A stretch of DNA of 64,000 nucleotides from the human T2T-CHM13v2.0 reference genome, Homo sapiens. The number at the start of each line of letters is the position of its first letter. The first letter of the stretch is position 1. A model generated the notes under the pieces. It had not been told where the DNA came from and did not search any database. It was given only the letters and a program-made list of their open reading frames with translations. Location: assembly GCF_009914755.1 (NCBI RefSeq), contig NC_060940.1. One strand, 5' to 3'. The translations under genes and the position numbers were made by a program. Positions 18,917 through 43,656 of the stretch are shown here, piece by piece.

Positions 18917-19152
18917 CAGGTTGAGTATCCCTTATGCAAAATGCTCAGAACCAAAGGTATTTCAGAGTTCATATTTTTTTCGATTTCTAATTATTTGTGT
19001 TATACTTACCAGCTGAGTATCCCAAATTTGAAAATTCAAAATCCAAAATGCTCCAATGAGCATTTCTTTTGAGCATAATGTAAGTACTCAGAAAGTTTCA
19101 AATTTTGGAGCATTTCAGATTTCAGATTGTCAGATTTAGGATACTCAACCTG
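18917..19152. mobile_element. Tigger4a/MER46-type MITE
   Basis: TA|CAGGTTGAGTATCC ... GGATACTCAACCTG|TA perfect 14-bp TIRs; 236 bp. Confidence 0.88.
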
Positions 19153-19720
19153 TACAGAGCTCCTGATCCTTCCAGGCACAAGGGCCAAGCATAGGATAAC
19201 TCAAGTATAGGTGTCCATCATATCCATGTTCTCAGGATCCAAACTCAGGAACCAAACAGATTTGCATAGCAAAGAATATCTGCACTGCTATAAGATTAGT
19301 GTCAGATTTTAAGCAAATTCATATGTACCACAAAGAGCTGGTGGCAAGGATTCATTGCTGAATAACGACTAGTAAAGTATGCATTCCTCACCCAAAAGAA
19401 AAGGCTGTAATAAAGGGGTTGAATAATGGTTACTGCATTTCAAGAAATTATAACTGACTCGTGAAACCACAAAACTAAGGGTTAAAGTATGGTCAAGAGC
19501 CAGGATAAAAGGGAGAAATAGTGAAAGGAATATCCTATAAGTGGATTCAGCCAGACAAACAAGGAGCAAAAGTTGTCCCAACAGATTATACAAGTAGCAA
19601 GAGAAGACTCCAAGTAAGTACTTACACAATGGTAAAAACTTTCTGCTAGAAACTATGCAGTAGAAAAAGAAAGACTGGATTATGAATACCAGGGTTCAAG
19701 TTCTCATTCTACTACGTTTG

Positions 19721-20172
<452 letters not shown>

Positions 20173-20769
20173 TAAGGCTTTAATGAGATCATAAAAGCAT
20201 TTTGTAAAGTCTAAAACTCTGTACAGATGCTATTATGTTAGTTTTGAAAAATAGAATAAAAAAAGAAAAGAATCACCCTATGATACTACATAATCCTTAA
20301 AAATGCCAAAGATAAAGAAAACGAGAAAATATCTAAAGCATTAGTTCTCAATCCTGGCTGCACATTAGAATTGCCTGGGGAAAGTTAAAAATAAAAACCA
20401 TGTCCTGGCAGCAGCCCACTGCTAATTTTTTTTTCAAGTGTGACTTATTTTTAATGACTATTTCTAATGTGAAGCCAAGTCTGAGAACGAACACAGCCAC
20501 ACTGGAAAAGCTCCGGAGTTTCACTTCCAAAAGCACCAAAACTTATGGGAGGCTCCTTTGTCATAAGTGCATTATATGACTTCTTACATTACGTTTTATT
20601 CATATCTCTAGGACATACCATCTCACATGTATCACTAGACAGTGAACAGGAATAATGTCTTACTCAATATTACTTCCCCAATACCTAGCAAATACAGTGC
20701 TTGGTGCAAAGGGTAACAATAACAGTTAATACTTATTGAGTGCTTATACTGTATCAGGCATTACGCTTA

Positions 20770-21439
<670 letters not shown>

Positions 21440-24224
21440 TAATCCTTCTTCAACAAAGTACCTTAAAATGATTTGTCCCCATATAGGACTCAGCATCATA
21501 CAGGGCTCAGGTTCTTCATTCTAAATGTCAATTCTCAGTTAGACATAAAGCACGACTGAGCTACAGCTGCACCAACCTTGAGGCTTCAGGGAATTTATCT
21601 GCTCTTAAATAACTCCTTGTTTAGCAGTTTTTGTTTTGTTGCAATTTGTATTTCTTCCTATGACTGAAATATGGCCCAGAAACAAAAATGCCGTTTATCT
21701 AATTGGCATGTTATTTGAGAAATAAGGAGGAATGCAGATGATGTAGAAAGATCAAGTTGCAGCATGTGAAGAACTATGTCCTGCCCAAGTGTCCCAGGAT
21801 GCTAGAGAAAGCAAACACACCAGAGACAAAGATCTGGCTTTAGGGAACTCCATCTGTCTTTCATCAGTAATGTAAAGGGGGTGTTCTTCACCTTAAATGC
21901 TCAAGCTGCTCTTCTGGTGGAGATTAATTCCACCAATAGTCCATCCTTCCCCGCACAACTTAAGTGGCCAAGACTTGCTGACTCCAAGTTTAGAGTCAGC
22001 TCAGGTCACCAAAATGTATTTAACTACCCAATCAACTAACTCAAGTAACTCAAATGTATCTTCTTTTTGGACTCTTTCTCATTTTTCCAACACAATCTAC
22101 AATTCAAAACTATAGTAAAACAAACCCTTTTTTTAAGGAGGAAGGGGGGAAATTTTGACTTACAATCAACACAAAAAAGCAAACGTCCAGTCCCAATGCA
22201 AGTTGGTCATCATACAGGAAGAATGATAATCTGAAAGAGTTAAAGTTAAAACTGAAAAGCCATCTAAATATCTAATAAATTATTATATATTCCTGTCATG
22301 AAACATTACAAATGGTTGAGGGTTTAAAAAGCATCAAGTTGTACACTTTAAATATACACAATTTTTATATGTCAATGATATCTCAGGCTGTTTAAAAACA
22401 AGAGACAGACCTATGGAGCTTTAAACGAAAGTTTTCCATTTATAGTAACTCTAAACCCAAAGCCCAAACCAACCTCTGGATCTTAACCACTGGGGAAAGA
22501 GACAGCAGCCAGCATCAAAGAAAAATTAGAGAGAGAAAAAGAATGTATCCCTACAGCTACATCCAGCGGCCTTTTCAGGCCATCCTGGCTTGCCAGGTGG
22601 TGGGAGATGAATGCTTAAACCTAGGAAGAGAAAAAAAGAATGGCAGTGGCAGCTTTCTGAGCAAGTAAAAGAAGGTAGAGGAGGAACATACAGACATACG
22701 AACTCAGCACAATGACCCTGCCCACAGCACAAGAGCCAATCAATGTTCTTCGCTGAGTGGTGCTCCTCTCCGAAGTGGAAGTAAAGTGACCTATACATCC
22801 CAGGAGGCAGAATAAGGTGGGAAAGGCAAGGACTAGAGGAAAAATGAGATAAGGCCTTGAACTACCCCTAAGCCAAAGATCCATATATTTCTTCTATAAA
22901 CACACACAGATTATATATACACACACAAGAGGCAAAATCCTCTTGATTTTGAATACACTGACATTTTATTATAAGAGACCTAAAATGTTTTTAACTGAAC
23001 AGCCGATTTTATAAGGAGATCCAAAATATTCTGGAAATAACCTTGCATTGACTCACTATTCTGCTATTGCATTTTTATAACTGCAATATCACTTAGTAGT
23101 AACTAAGGGAGATTATTCATAAGCAGATCCAGCAAGTTTCACTATAAATTATGCATTCACATCGCCATAAACCCAGAGTACTCCCAGTAAATTTTAACTG
23201 CCTGAGACGCTTGCAAGTCACAGACCTGCTGTGGCACTCTACACAGCCAACCCTATGGATACTTGACAGGCAAGCCAGGCTGACTCTTAGGCCTCCAATC
23301 AATCACAGCCTCCGCCCATTCTTTCAATCCTGGACACAAGAATCAGATCTCCTAAAAACCAACACAGACACCTCCAGCTCATCCTGGCTCCAGTCTTCTC
23401 CTAGCAAAGTACAATTTAGAACCTTCCCAGCCTAGGCCTGGCCTGGCCCGGCCCAATCTTTACCAATTCTAGTCAGTTCAGGCCTTGGTCATCTGCCTGT
23501 CTTATGTGGATGCTAAATGGATGAGTGTGTGAATATACAGACAGCAAACAAAGAGAAGAGTGTGAAATCAAAATACGGCAATTCCCTAGTATCAAAATGT
23601 TACTATCATATAGTAACTTCAAAGAATAGATCAAGCTGTTCTCCCTCACTACTAACCAAAGAAATGCAAATTAAAACAATGAAATGCTATTTTCTACTTA
23701 ACAACTTAAAGATTTCTTTTTTAATTACAACAGTGGGGTACCACACATTCTTAACAATGCTAGTGGTAAAATCCTTCTGTAAATAAGGTAATAATATGAT
23801 TTAAGAGCCTTTGAAATAGGTAACTACTGAAAGGAATTTCCTCGTTTTATATAGCCTCAAGAAATAATGAAAAGTGAAAGATTTATGTACAAAATACATT
23901 CATTACAACCAGAAGCCATCTACATGTCCAAAAATAGGTTACAGTACCTTCATATAATGATCTGAGAAGTCTTTATGACGAAAATTACTCATAAGACAAT
24001 ACAAAATAAAGATCACATGATGAAAATCTGGATATATGGTTTGATATCAATTATGTTATGCACACACAGGGGAGGGGAAGGCAAGTAAGTCAATTTTATT
24101 ATTTCAACTTGCATATATTTTCCATGTTTTCTACAAAACTTTAGACACTACTCTTACAGAAATAGATGTTATCTAATATCAAATTTTAGCAAAAGAACCC
24201 AGACACAAAAGAATATATACTTAT

Positions 24225-24950
24225 TGCAAACCAAAACCACAATGAGATACCACTTCACGCCTACTCAAATGGCTATAATGAAAAAGACAGACGTTAACAA
24301 GTGTTGATGAGGATATGGAAAAACTGGAACCCTCACACAGTGCTCGTGGGAATAAAATGGTATAGCAATGTTGGAAAAGTGCCTGACGGCTCCTCAAACA
24401 ATTAAACACAGTTACCATATGACCCAGCAATTCCATCTCTAAAATATACCCGAGGAACAAAAACATATCTCCACATAAAAATCTGTATGTGAATGTTCAC
24501 AGCAGCATTATTTATAATAGCCAAAGTAGAAACAACTCAAATGTCCATCAGCAGATGAATAAACAAAATGTGAAATATTCATATAATAGAATATTTTGCA
24601 GCTATAAAAAGAAATGTAGTACGATATATACTACAACATGATTAATCTTGAAAATACCATGCTAAGTGAAAGAAGCCAGATGCAAAAGGCCACATATATG
24701 ATTCCTTTTATCTGAAATACCCAGACTAGATAGAGACACAATGTAGCTTAGTGTTCATGTAGGGCTGGAATATTCCAGGGAAATAGGGAGTGACTGCTAA
24801 TGAGTATGGGGTTTTTGGGGGGGATAATTAAAAATGTTCTAAAATTGACTGTGATAAATGTTTGCACAACTCCAAGAATATAATCGAACTGTACACTAAA
24901 TGGATGAATTAAATCGTAGGTTAACTGTATTTCAATAAAGCTGTTTTTAA
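24225..24950 (+). mobile_element. L1MB-like 3' end
   Basis: caaaaccacaatgagataccacttcac...tgctaagtgaaagaagccaga...tcaataaagctgttt. Confidence 0.8.
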
Positions 24951-25239
24951 AACAATATATACTTATTTCACTCATAATAAAGTCCAACAACAGACAAAAC
25001 TAATCCATGGTGGTAGAAGACAGTCTATGTTTAATCAATGGTGTTAGAAGACGATCTAATGGATGGTGTTAGAAGACAGTCTAACATTCCAGAAAGGGTA
25101 CCTTCTGGAGTGTTAGAGATGTCCTATTTCTTGATCTGGGTGACAAATTATCACTTTAGGATAATACATCAAGCTGTACACTAACGCCATATATATTTTT
25201 CTGTATGTATGGCATACTTCGTTCAAAAAGTTGACATTA

Positions 25240-26914
<1,675 letters not shown>

Positions 26915-28017
26915 TCAAAGGCAAGCTATAAAACAATCAGACTTGCAAAGCTAGACCCAGTGAAAGTGTAGAGGTGGAACGTACTTCTCATCAGCACTTA
27001 ACTATGGTGATATTTTGCAAGATCCTTTCCACACCTCTCTCCTACCAGCATCCCTTTCTTATGTCCCAGACCTGCTGTCACAGGCTGGGTTGGTTGGTGT
27101 GTTGGTTGGTTGTTCTTGCTAAAATGTTTTCACCACTCAGGTGTAAAGGAGTCAATGGTTGTTAAACACCACGATCTGTGAGGATGGTATTACTATGTGG
27201 CAATGAAAAGGAAAATATGGAAACTGAGGCTCAGTGACCTGCCCAAGATCTCAGCTGCACTAGGAGTCTCACTACATTCAAAACTCATAGGCTCACAGAT
27301 TTTCAAAAGGAAAAGAGTAGCCTCTGACCCTGGATGCCCTCCACCTCCCTCAGCAATACCCTCTGAAGCTTGACAGAATCCGGGAAGGGGTGGGGGCAGC
27401 TACAACAGCTTAACCAGCTGCCTGACATCACAATAGAGCCTGAAGGGTAACTAACCCCTTCCTCCAGCTGGATATAAAATAAAAAGCAGCCAATACTCCT
27501 TTCTTTCCCATCTGAAGGGAAATGAAGCTACTCTCCTTTCTTCCTGTCACTATTAAAATTGTGAAATCATTAACTAGTAGATATTTTCCACGAGCTGTTG
27601 CTTTTAAAGGAGTTTGTCCTTTTCCTTAGCTACCCTAGTTTATTATAACTTTCATGACACAAAGACTCTAAAATGAGGAAGATTTACCAAGTTGTCACTG
27701 TACTGTTATAAAGGAACTCTTATTTTTAGAAGATTAAAGAACTTTCCAACTTAATGTATCTGTGTAATTACTGGGAGCAACTCTGGTCAGGGAATAAGTT
27801 CTTACTATTATTCTTCTCCAGCTACAGAGAGCCATAACCTTCAAATAAAGAAAGCGTTGAATTTCCTTCTCTAGAGTTTGGAAACAGCCTTTCTCTGCTC
27901 CCATCATTGCTCAAAGTAAAGTAAATAGAGAAGTTAATTCCCTGCTCATTCATTTGCTCATGAATATGCACACAAGGGTCACGACTAGTTACTATGGGGG
28001 TTAAAGGGAATCATAGC

Positions 28018-28711
<694 letters not shown>

Positions 28712-28789
28712 CTACCTTACAACATTATAAGGAGCAAATAAAATAATCCACTGTGCAGGGCATGTGATAAGCACTCATACGTTAGCGAC

Positions 28790-31660
<2,871 letters not shown>

Positions 31661-32283
31661 TTCTGAACATTTGGCTATTATTACTATTATTTAAACATAA
31701 CTAAGTGAGAAGTGTACAAGTACTTTAACATGGTTCCATGTAAAATGTTATCTGCTTTCAAAGGAGGAAGCCATAACGTCCAACTACAGGGGTTAGGGGA
31801 ACTTTAATGTAAGAGTAATTTCTAAAACTAGTAAAGTGGGGATGTACTCTGGACCCAGGAAGGAGAAAACAGAAAAAGCACTACAAGTGGGAGGGTATAG
31901 GGCACAAACAATAGCCAGCAAAGTAGTCAGGGGACTGTGAAATAATAATGCTAACAGATTTCTCTATACCAGGCACCATATTAGGCACTTTACATACATT
32001 TCTCACCTATTCCTGATTATCAGTCCTATGAAGAATGCATCACTTGCCTCAGGTCTCAGAATCTGAACCAAAGTCTCTGATGCTACAGCTCTTTCCCTGT
32101 GTTCCTCTGCCTTTCCGGGACAGGGGGGAAGATAAGATTTCATCATGAGAAAGCTTAAATACCAAGCTAAGAAATTTACATGGTACTTTCTGTATAAAAA
32201 AGCAATGGCAATTTTTGAAAAGGAAAACATGTAATTTCAAGTAAACTTTAATAAGATTCATCTGGCAGCAACCAAAACTATCA

Positions 32284-33441
<1,158 letters not shown>

Positions 33442-35776
33442 AAATTTTTGTAGAAGACATTTACAAATTCAATTAATATACCTAGGTTAGGTCCTCATCC
33501 AACTCACAGGCAAAAATGTTGTTGGGGACAGGATCAAACACAGAAACCTGTTGTGTCACTAGAGTACCAAAGGACTGAAATGAGCAAGCAGTAAAATGAG
33601 TGTAGCAATGAATGGGAGGGCATTTGATGCTGAAGAACTCTAATGAACCATAAAAGGCACATGGAACCTGCCATCATCAGCTTGCTTTTCTCTCTGGGCT
33701 TGTGTACATGAATTCACTTTGTAAATGATATGGCCCTACACAAATAAGCGGCATTTCCATCACTGTGATTATTATTGTTTCTTAAATCTCCTGACAATCA
33801 GATGGCTCTCTGCCTTGCTCTTCAAGATCAAAAGAATACCAAGAATTAAAGCCAAAACATATACTGAGCTAGTGATGTGTTTACAAAGAAGGGGTCCTTC
33901 CAGTAGAAGCAGATACCAACAAAGGCATTTCCTGACCAGTCCTATGAAATCTTCTAAAGCGTCAACTGTTTATTTGTGGACACACTGTTTGCTACCATCC
34001 GAACCCAACAGCTGGAGGGAAGAAGCAACAGATGTTCAGTGACTGGCCAATTGCTCTAGGAACTGCCACAGTCCATGGCTTAAAACAATGATTTCTAAAT
34101 AGAGAAAGATCACAATCAAACGAAAGACAAGATATCCCGACGTGCTCCACTGCAAAAATGTTGTTTGTTAAACATAAAAGGTCATTTGAGGAACAGCCAA
34201 TGAACAATTAATTAGCAGAGCAAACAATAATATTTTTGAAGGAAGAAGCAACAGAGGACATAACTTTAAATTACTGAATTTTGAATGATTTATTTTCCCC
34301 TACTAAATATAAAAGGTTTTTTTTTTTTTTTGTGGAAACTATGAGGTCATTGTTTTCCAGAGTCTTTACTATAGGAAACAGCTGTGGGGACTACACAAAC
34401 AGAGAACACTGCCTTATTTAGTAGCCCCTCATTGTGACGAGTGTATAGATGGGGACAGGAAAAATCCATCAAGCCACGCACAAATAGAACAAAAGTAGCA
34501 GAGTCAAACTAAAAACTTTAAGTCACACAAAGGAAGACGTAAAACAACTAACTCAGGAAAAGCATCTATATGATTACAGCTGTTATCTTGATTTAAGAGA
34601 TAGTTCCATGTTTAGACTAGATCAGTTCCTTTCTACATGGGTCACCAAAAACTTAAATGATTCACATTGCACAGTACCTGAAAATGGTAACATTCAATAA
34701 ATATAGCTTTTAATAAAAGTTTTCTTGGGATTCTTAGGTTCAAATACTGTATGACCCAACCAAAACGAAACTTATCCACCCACCTCCAGAATGGCTTTCC
34801 ATTTTATTTTTCCAATCGTCAAGAGTGCCATCCCCAAACACCGTTTTAAAACCTCTACGTTATTTTCATCTCCTCCTCCTTATCCACTCTTCACACACCC
34901 ATAAAGCTGCCAAACACTGTCAACACTGCTTCTAACATACATTTTTATAAGCTCAAAAGTCAGAAGAAAGCAGCAAGAGACAAAGAAAAGAAAGTAAGTG
35001 AATCCAGCCCAATCCACTACGAAGCATGTGACTGCCCCCCTACAGTATCACCCAAGACTCTGCTTAAGCTTGTGTGATGATAGGAAAAATACTATTATGT
35101 GAGGCAACTCATCCTATTTTCAGACAACCTGCTCATAAATCCTGTATACGAGGCCCGCCATTTCCTTTTCTAATTTCTCCTCTCCCCTCTCAAAGCTTAA
35201 AGCCCAAGAGTAATCACAGTCCTCAAGTGAGGTCTGACCCAAGCCCACGACAGAACTGGCCCACCACCAGCACATCTACATTTATAACATCAGAGGCTGG
35301 GGCTGGCTGCTCTGCAAGCTGTCTTTGGTTGTGCCACGTTCCTCTCAGATTAATCAACACGTTGTGCACCTCCTACAAGCCAGGCACAGAGATTCGATGT
35401 TGAATAAGACATAATCACTGCACATGAGGGAGTTGGGGGGAGACGGCAATGGATTTAGGAAACCGAATCATTTTGCCTCTGAGACTGATTTTTATATGTT
35501 TTTAAACAGTTCATACAACATGGGGATTATCTGATCCTTGGAAGAATGTATGAAAAAATCCATCCAATCCTGCTACCCTTTGAGGGAACAGGCAGTTCTT
35601 TAATAGCTTTCCATTTCTTCCTCAGTTATCGGTCAATTCAGGCTTTCCTACTATAGCATTTTTAGTTGATATTTTGTGGAAAGTTGTTGATTTTATCAGT
35701 GACAGGCAGGCATTCAGCAAACGTGGTTACCTGCCCCAAATTAATGCATATATTTAAAATTAAAATTCACACAGAT

Positions 35777-36116
<340 letters not shown>

Positions 36117-36954
36117 TTACTTTGTTTTTGAAACTTGACAAAATGATTCTAAAATTTAGAGAAACTTTAAGTAGCATGAGAAAGAAGAATAAGCAACAAT
36201 AACACTAAACAGCACCAGTAAAAGAATTGATGAAACAGAATACAAAATTCAGAAATAAACCGTAACTCTAAATATAGAGAAACCTTTTGTAAATAAGCAG
36301 GATGATCATAAGGTTGGAGTAACAATGGTAACAACATCAGTTAGCTCTCAGTGAGCCCTGATGGCATGCCAGGCCCCCTGCCAAGTTTTTCTCTCATTTG
36401 TTTTCAAAACAGCCTTATGAAACAGATATACTCTTATCTCCACTTTACACATGAGGAAATTAAGCCCAAAGAGTTAAGTGCCAAAGGTCTCGAGGCTAGC
36501 AAGTGGTGCAGCCAGGATTTGAACACTAACCACTCACTATACTACACGAGATGGGAAATACCAAACCTTAAAGGAAATCCTCACTGTACACATTCACCAA
36601 AGTAAACTCCATATTCTAAAGAGGTAAATATTTTAGAACACAGTAGAAACAAAGCTAAAAAAAAAAAAAAAAGAAAGAAAGAAAGAAAAATTATCCTATA
36701 TACAAGAATACCATTTTCAGCTATATAGTAACAAAAGCAGTAAGGGAAAAGGTCAGGTTAAAAAATATAAATTAAAACTTTCTGTAATATACAAAAGTAC
36801 CAAACTAAAAGAGGAAGAGAATGAGGGAAATATTTTTATCAAATGTACCAAATGTTTAAAGTTGTTACCTTATACACACACACACACACACACACATATT
36901 CTATAGAGAGCTCTTATAAAGTTTAAAAATCAAAAACAGTCTTCAAAATCTAAA

Positions 36955-39430
<2,476 letters not shown>

Positions 39431-39452
39431 TCAAGAAAACAAGAACTCAAAC

Positions 39453-39889
39453 AAGAACATTTGTAATACTGTTTAATGTTTTATGATTTATATGGTGGTA
39501 TCACATTGATAAGTGATAATTTACTTATTCTGTCCTCTTCCTTTGGACGTTTTCCTCCCTACATAATATAACACATGACATATATATATGTGTTATACAT
39601 ATATATATATACATATAACATAACACATGCGACATAATATAACACATGAGAAATCAAAAAGATGTCCATACGTTTTTGATGTTCTAAGTATATGTCTGGA
39701 AATGTATCCTAAAGAAACAATCCAACAAAGCAAAAAGTTATTAACACGATTCATGTTCATTATAGTAAAACAAACAAACAAAAAAAAGAGTAGGGAGGAA
39801 AACGTCCAAAGGAAGAGGACAGAATAAGTAAATTATCACTTAGCAAAGTGATATCATATAAATCATTAAACAGTATTACAAATGTTCTT
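39453..39889. repeat. Inverted repeat: arms 39453-39562 and 39790-39889
   Basis: 53-bp perfect match (39510-39562 vs 39790-39842) and 26-bp perfect match (39453-39478 vs 39864-39889); 227-bp spacer. Confidence 0.95.
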
Positions 39890-41100
39890 TAGAAACATGT
39901 AAAAAATGTTTTACAAGTTGCATTTAAAAATCATAATCCAAAGTGGTCTGACCAGAATAACAACCATATAAAATATCGTAAGCGGACAAGAAGTACAAAA
40001 ATGTAAATCAATGGCACCTTAGGGCAACGTGTTCCAGAGTAAGAGCATGTATGTCACACTGCCCTAAGTTCAAGTTGAAGCTCTGCCCCTGCAAATGTGT
40101 AAAGAACCAAACTAGGTCAAATCAGAATGACAGATTTAGTGCTAGTTTACATCGTTGGTTGGGAAGACATTTTTTAAAAATCTCAGAATTGGAGTGTTAT
40201 AACAAATAGAAATCTCTAGCCAAAACTCTATCCTAAACTACCAAATATTTCCCCTCATGAATTACCATGGGACCACAAATAAAACATGTCTAAAATAGAA
40301 GTTATCATCTTTGAACAGTTCTAAATTGCTTCAGTTTCCCAAATGTAACCAGTTTCAAAGAGGCTAAGATACATACTGTTTGTCCTGAACCAGGTTCTGT
40401 CCCTTCCCCTCTCTCATCATCACTCAACCCATCCTCCATGTCCCTAGTCTGAGTGACCATTCTTTTAAAAATAAAAGAAAAAAGACAATCATACCACAAG
40501 CTTGTCTAAAATTATTTGGTGCCTACCTCTGCAGAATGCCATTCTGCAACATGGCACCGAAGGACTTCCAGATCCAGCCCTGCTCAAACCATCACTCAGT
40601 GGGCCTCCTCCCATTCTACCTTGTACCTTGTACCCTTCTGCTACAACCACCCTAGACCTTGAAATTTTCTGAAGAAGCCATGTTGTTTGAGGTTCCAAAC
40701 CCTTGCACTTACAGGGTTTGCTGCCCTGCAAAGGACTTTCCCACCTTTCCACTATCCACCTAGAAAATTCCTACCAAATCCTTCAAGACACGGAGCAGGT
40801 ATTGTTTCTTCAGTCACCTCACAGGCCCCATTCCTCCCTCAGGTGACCTCACCCCCAGGTTTGCACAGCACTCGTCCTATCCTATTGCAATTATTTTTAT
40901 ACCCATTTGTCTTCCCTTCTAAACCCTGAATTCCTTGAGGGCATGGGCCACTTCACTCATCTTCATATCCCCAGTGCCTTCTAATGCAGGACCAGCACAG
41001 AAAATGTGCTAAATAAATCTGTAGACTTAATAAATCTATATATCCTGTCTGCAAAATACCAACCTGATTTGTTTCTTAATGGGCATAAATTGATAATTCA

Positions 41101-41415
41101 GGCTAGGCACGGTGGCTCACGCCTGTAATCGCAACACTTTGGGAGGCCGAGGCGGGTGGACCACCTGAGGTCAGGAGTTCGAGACCACCCTGGCCAACAT
41201 GGTGAAACCCCATCTCTACTAAAATACAAAAATTAGCTGGGCACAGTGATGCCCACCTGTAATCCCAGCTACTCAGGAGGCTGAGGCAGGAGAATCACTT
41301 GAACCTAGGAGGCAGAGATTGCAGTGAGCCGAGATCACGCTAATCACACCACTGCACTGCAGCCTGGGCAACAGAGCAAGACTCTGTCTCGAAATAAAAA
41401 ATAAAGTAAAATAAA
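41101..41415 (+). mobile_element. AluS
   Basis: Full-length Alu. Confidence 0.9.
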
Positions 41416-42250
41416 CTGATATTTCTGCAGCTCTACGCTGTATTCAGCGCTAAGAGCAGGTAGTCAAACTGTAAAGCAAACCAGGTGTCATGACTCTGCC
41501 TTCCTGGTTTTCCTGCTACCTCTCTGACTGCCCCTTAAGAGGTCCTCTCTCTCCTCCTGTCCTCTCATTTTTAGTTTCCCTCAAAGGCTTAGTCATGGGC
41601 CTCAGACCTTCTAAATATGCTCCTGGCTTCAATTATCACCTCTATGCAGCTGAATCCAAGTCTATACAGCTAGTCCTAAATTGCACCTGATTTCCAACTG
41701 TCTATTAAGGCTTCCTCTCTTAAGTGGGAAGGTCATATCCTATGGCTCCCAACCCCATATATTCAAATTAAATGCACAATCTTTCTGCTCCTCATGCTCC
41801 ACAAACCACTTCCCTTTCTAAGTGCTCAATTTCTATCAGCTATTAAATTTATATCAAATATCCCTATTATTTCTTTATCACCTTGGCCTGAAACCTCAGT
41901 ATTCCCTTTACCACTACGCCTCTTGTAGTTTTCTTAATAATGTCCAATGTCCTCCAAAATGTCACTTGGATTCACCTTTCCTCCTCCTTTTCCTCACTTC
42001 ATTCCTGTGATTGTTTTCTCGCTGTATTTATTTTCTCCTCCATTTGATTCATTTTCACTCACCATCAGACCCATTTTTCTAAAATCGTTTTCATCAAATC
42101 AATCTCTCTGCACAACTCAAGAAGGCTCAATTGAATCACTACTGATTGCAGCCTCAAGGCTAAACTGTTGTGACAGACTCTCAAAGCCATCCATAATGTG
42201 CCCCCTCTCCTCTCCCCAGTTATCTAAATTTATCTCCCCTTCATTCCAAA

Positions 42251-42460
42251 TCAGTGGTTCTCAATTTTGCTGCCGAGGGACATTTGGCAGTATCTGGAGA
42301 CATTTTTAATTGTCATGACTTGGAGTAGGGGGGAGTACAACCACATCTAGTGGGTGAAGGCCAGGGATTCTGCTAAACATCCTACAGTGCCAGGACAGCC
42401 CCCAACAACAAAGAATTAGCCAGCCCAAAATAGCAAGAGTGCCAAGGCCGAGAATCTGCT
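42251..42460. mobile_element. MER20 (hAT)
   Basis: cagtggttctcaa...ggggacatttggca...ggccagggattctgctaaacatcctaca consensus. Confidence 0.8.
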
Positions 42461-43362
42461 CCAAATCAAGGCTCTCTGTCCCCAGACCATGCTATATCTA
42501 TACCTCTGCTCAGAATATTTCCCTAGCAACTTAGAATGTCGTCTCTCTTCCCCTTAACTATCAATGTTTTATTTATCTTCAAATCCCATTCTAAGTCTAT
42601 AGCCCATGGCTTTAAATACCATCCAGTGGTGACGCCTCCAAAATGTTTATCTTATCTTCTGAGTTCCTTACCCAGCTGCCTACTAGACATCTCCTGAGTG
42701 TACTATTTAACATATCTGAACCTGAATTCCTGACTCCCCCAAAACTCCTTCTCCTCAAATAGGTATACAGCCCCAGCAATCACCCAGTTGCTCAGGAAAA
42801 CAGGTGGGAGTTATTCTGGATGCTCTCCTCAACGTTCTCTGCTCCAGTGTCTTGCCACAAATCAATCCATTAGCAAGTTCTGTCAAGAGTCTACCTCCAG
42901 ACACATCTTAAATCCATCCACTTCTCCACCTCCCTCCACCATCCCTTTTACCCAGTCCATCACAAAAGCCTCCTGACTGGTCTCTGCCTCCATTCTACTC
43001 ACTATTCAGTGCCCAGAATAACCACTTCACATTTTCACAAGATCATACCAGGACTCTGTTTAAAGCCTATAACAGCCCCCATGACTCTTGGAATAAAATC
43101 TAAACCCCTTACCTTGGTCTGTAAGGCACTATAGCTACACAAGGCAGACTCGGCCTCTGCCTACCTGGCCCCTGCCTCTCCACCTCCTCCATCCCGCTCT
43201 CCTCCTGGCTCTCTAGCTGCAAACAAGATCTGTCAGACTTTCAAGTGTACCCTCAGCTCTTTCCAACTATAGCGCCTTCTGCATTTTATTCTTCCTGCCT
43301 GGTCACACCCATTATTCCCTCTCATACACCTATCTATTTCTCTTTAGCATTTATACAATAAT

Positions 43363-43656
43363 TTTTTTTTTTTTTTGGACACAGGGTCTCACTCTGTAGC
43401 CCAGGCCAGAGGGCAGTGGCACAATCTCGGCTCACCACACCTTGACCTCTTGGCTCAGGTGATCTTCCCACCTCAGCCTCCGAAGTAGCTGGAACCACAG
43501 GTGTGTGCCACCACGCCCGGCTAATTTTTGTACTTTTTGGAGAGACAGGGTTTCGCCTGTTGCCCAGGCTGGTCTTGAACTCCTGAGCTCAAGCTATCTG
43601 TCTACCACGGCCTCCCAAAGTGCTGGGATTACAGGCACATGCCACCATGTCTGGCC
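43363..43656 (-). mobile_element. AluJ
   Basis: Reverse Alu with poly-T. Confidence 0.88.

Noticed and set aside
25007-25083. CRISPR-like repeat-spacer pattern
   Set aside because: Only three copies, 4-10 nt spacers, mammalian context and no cas genes
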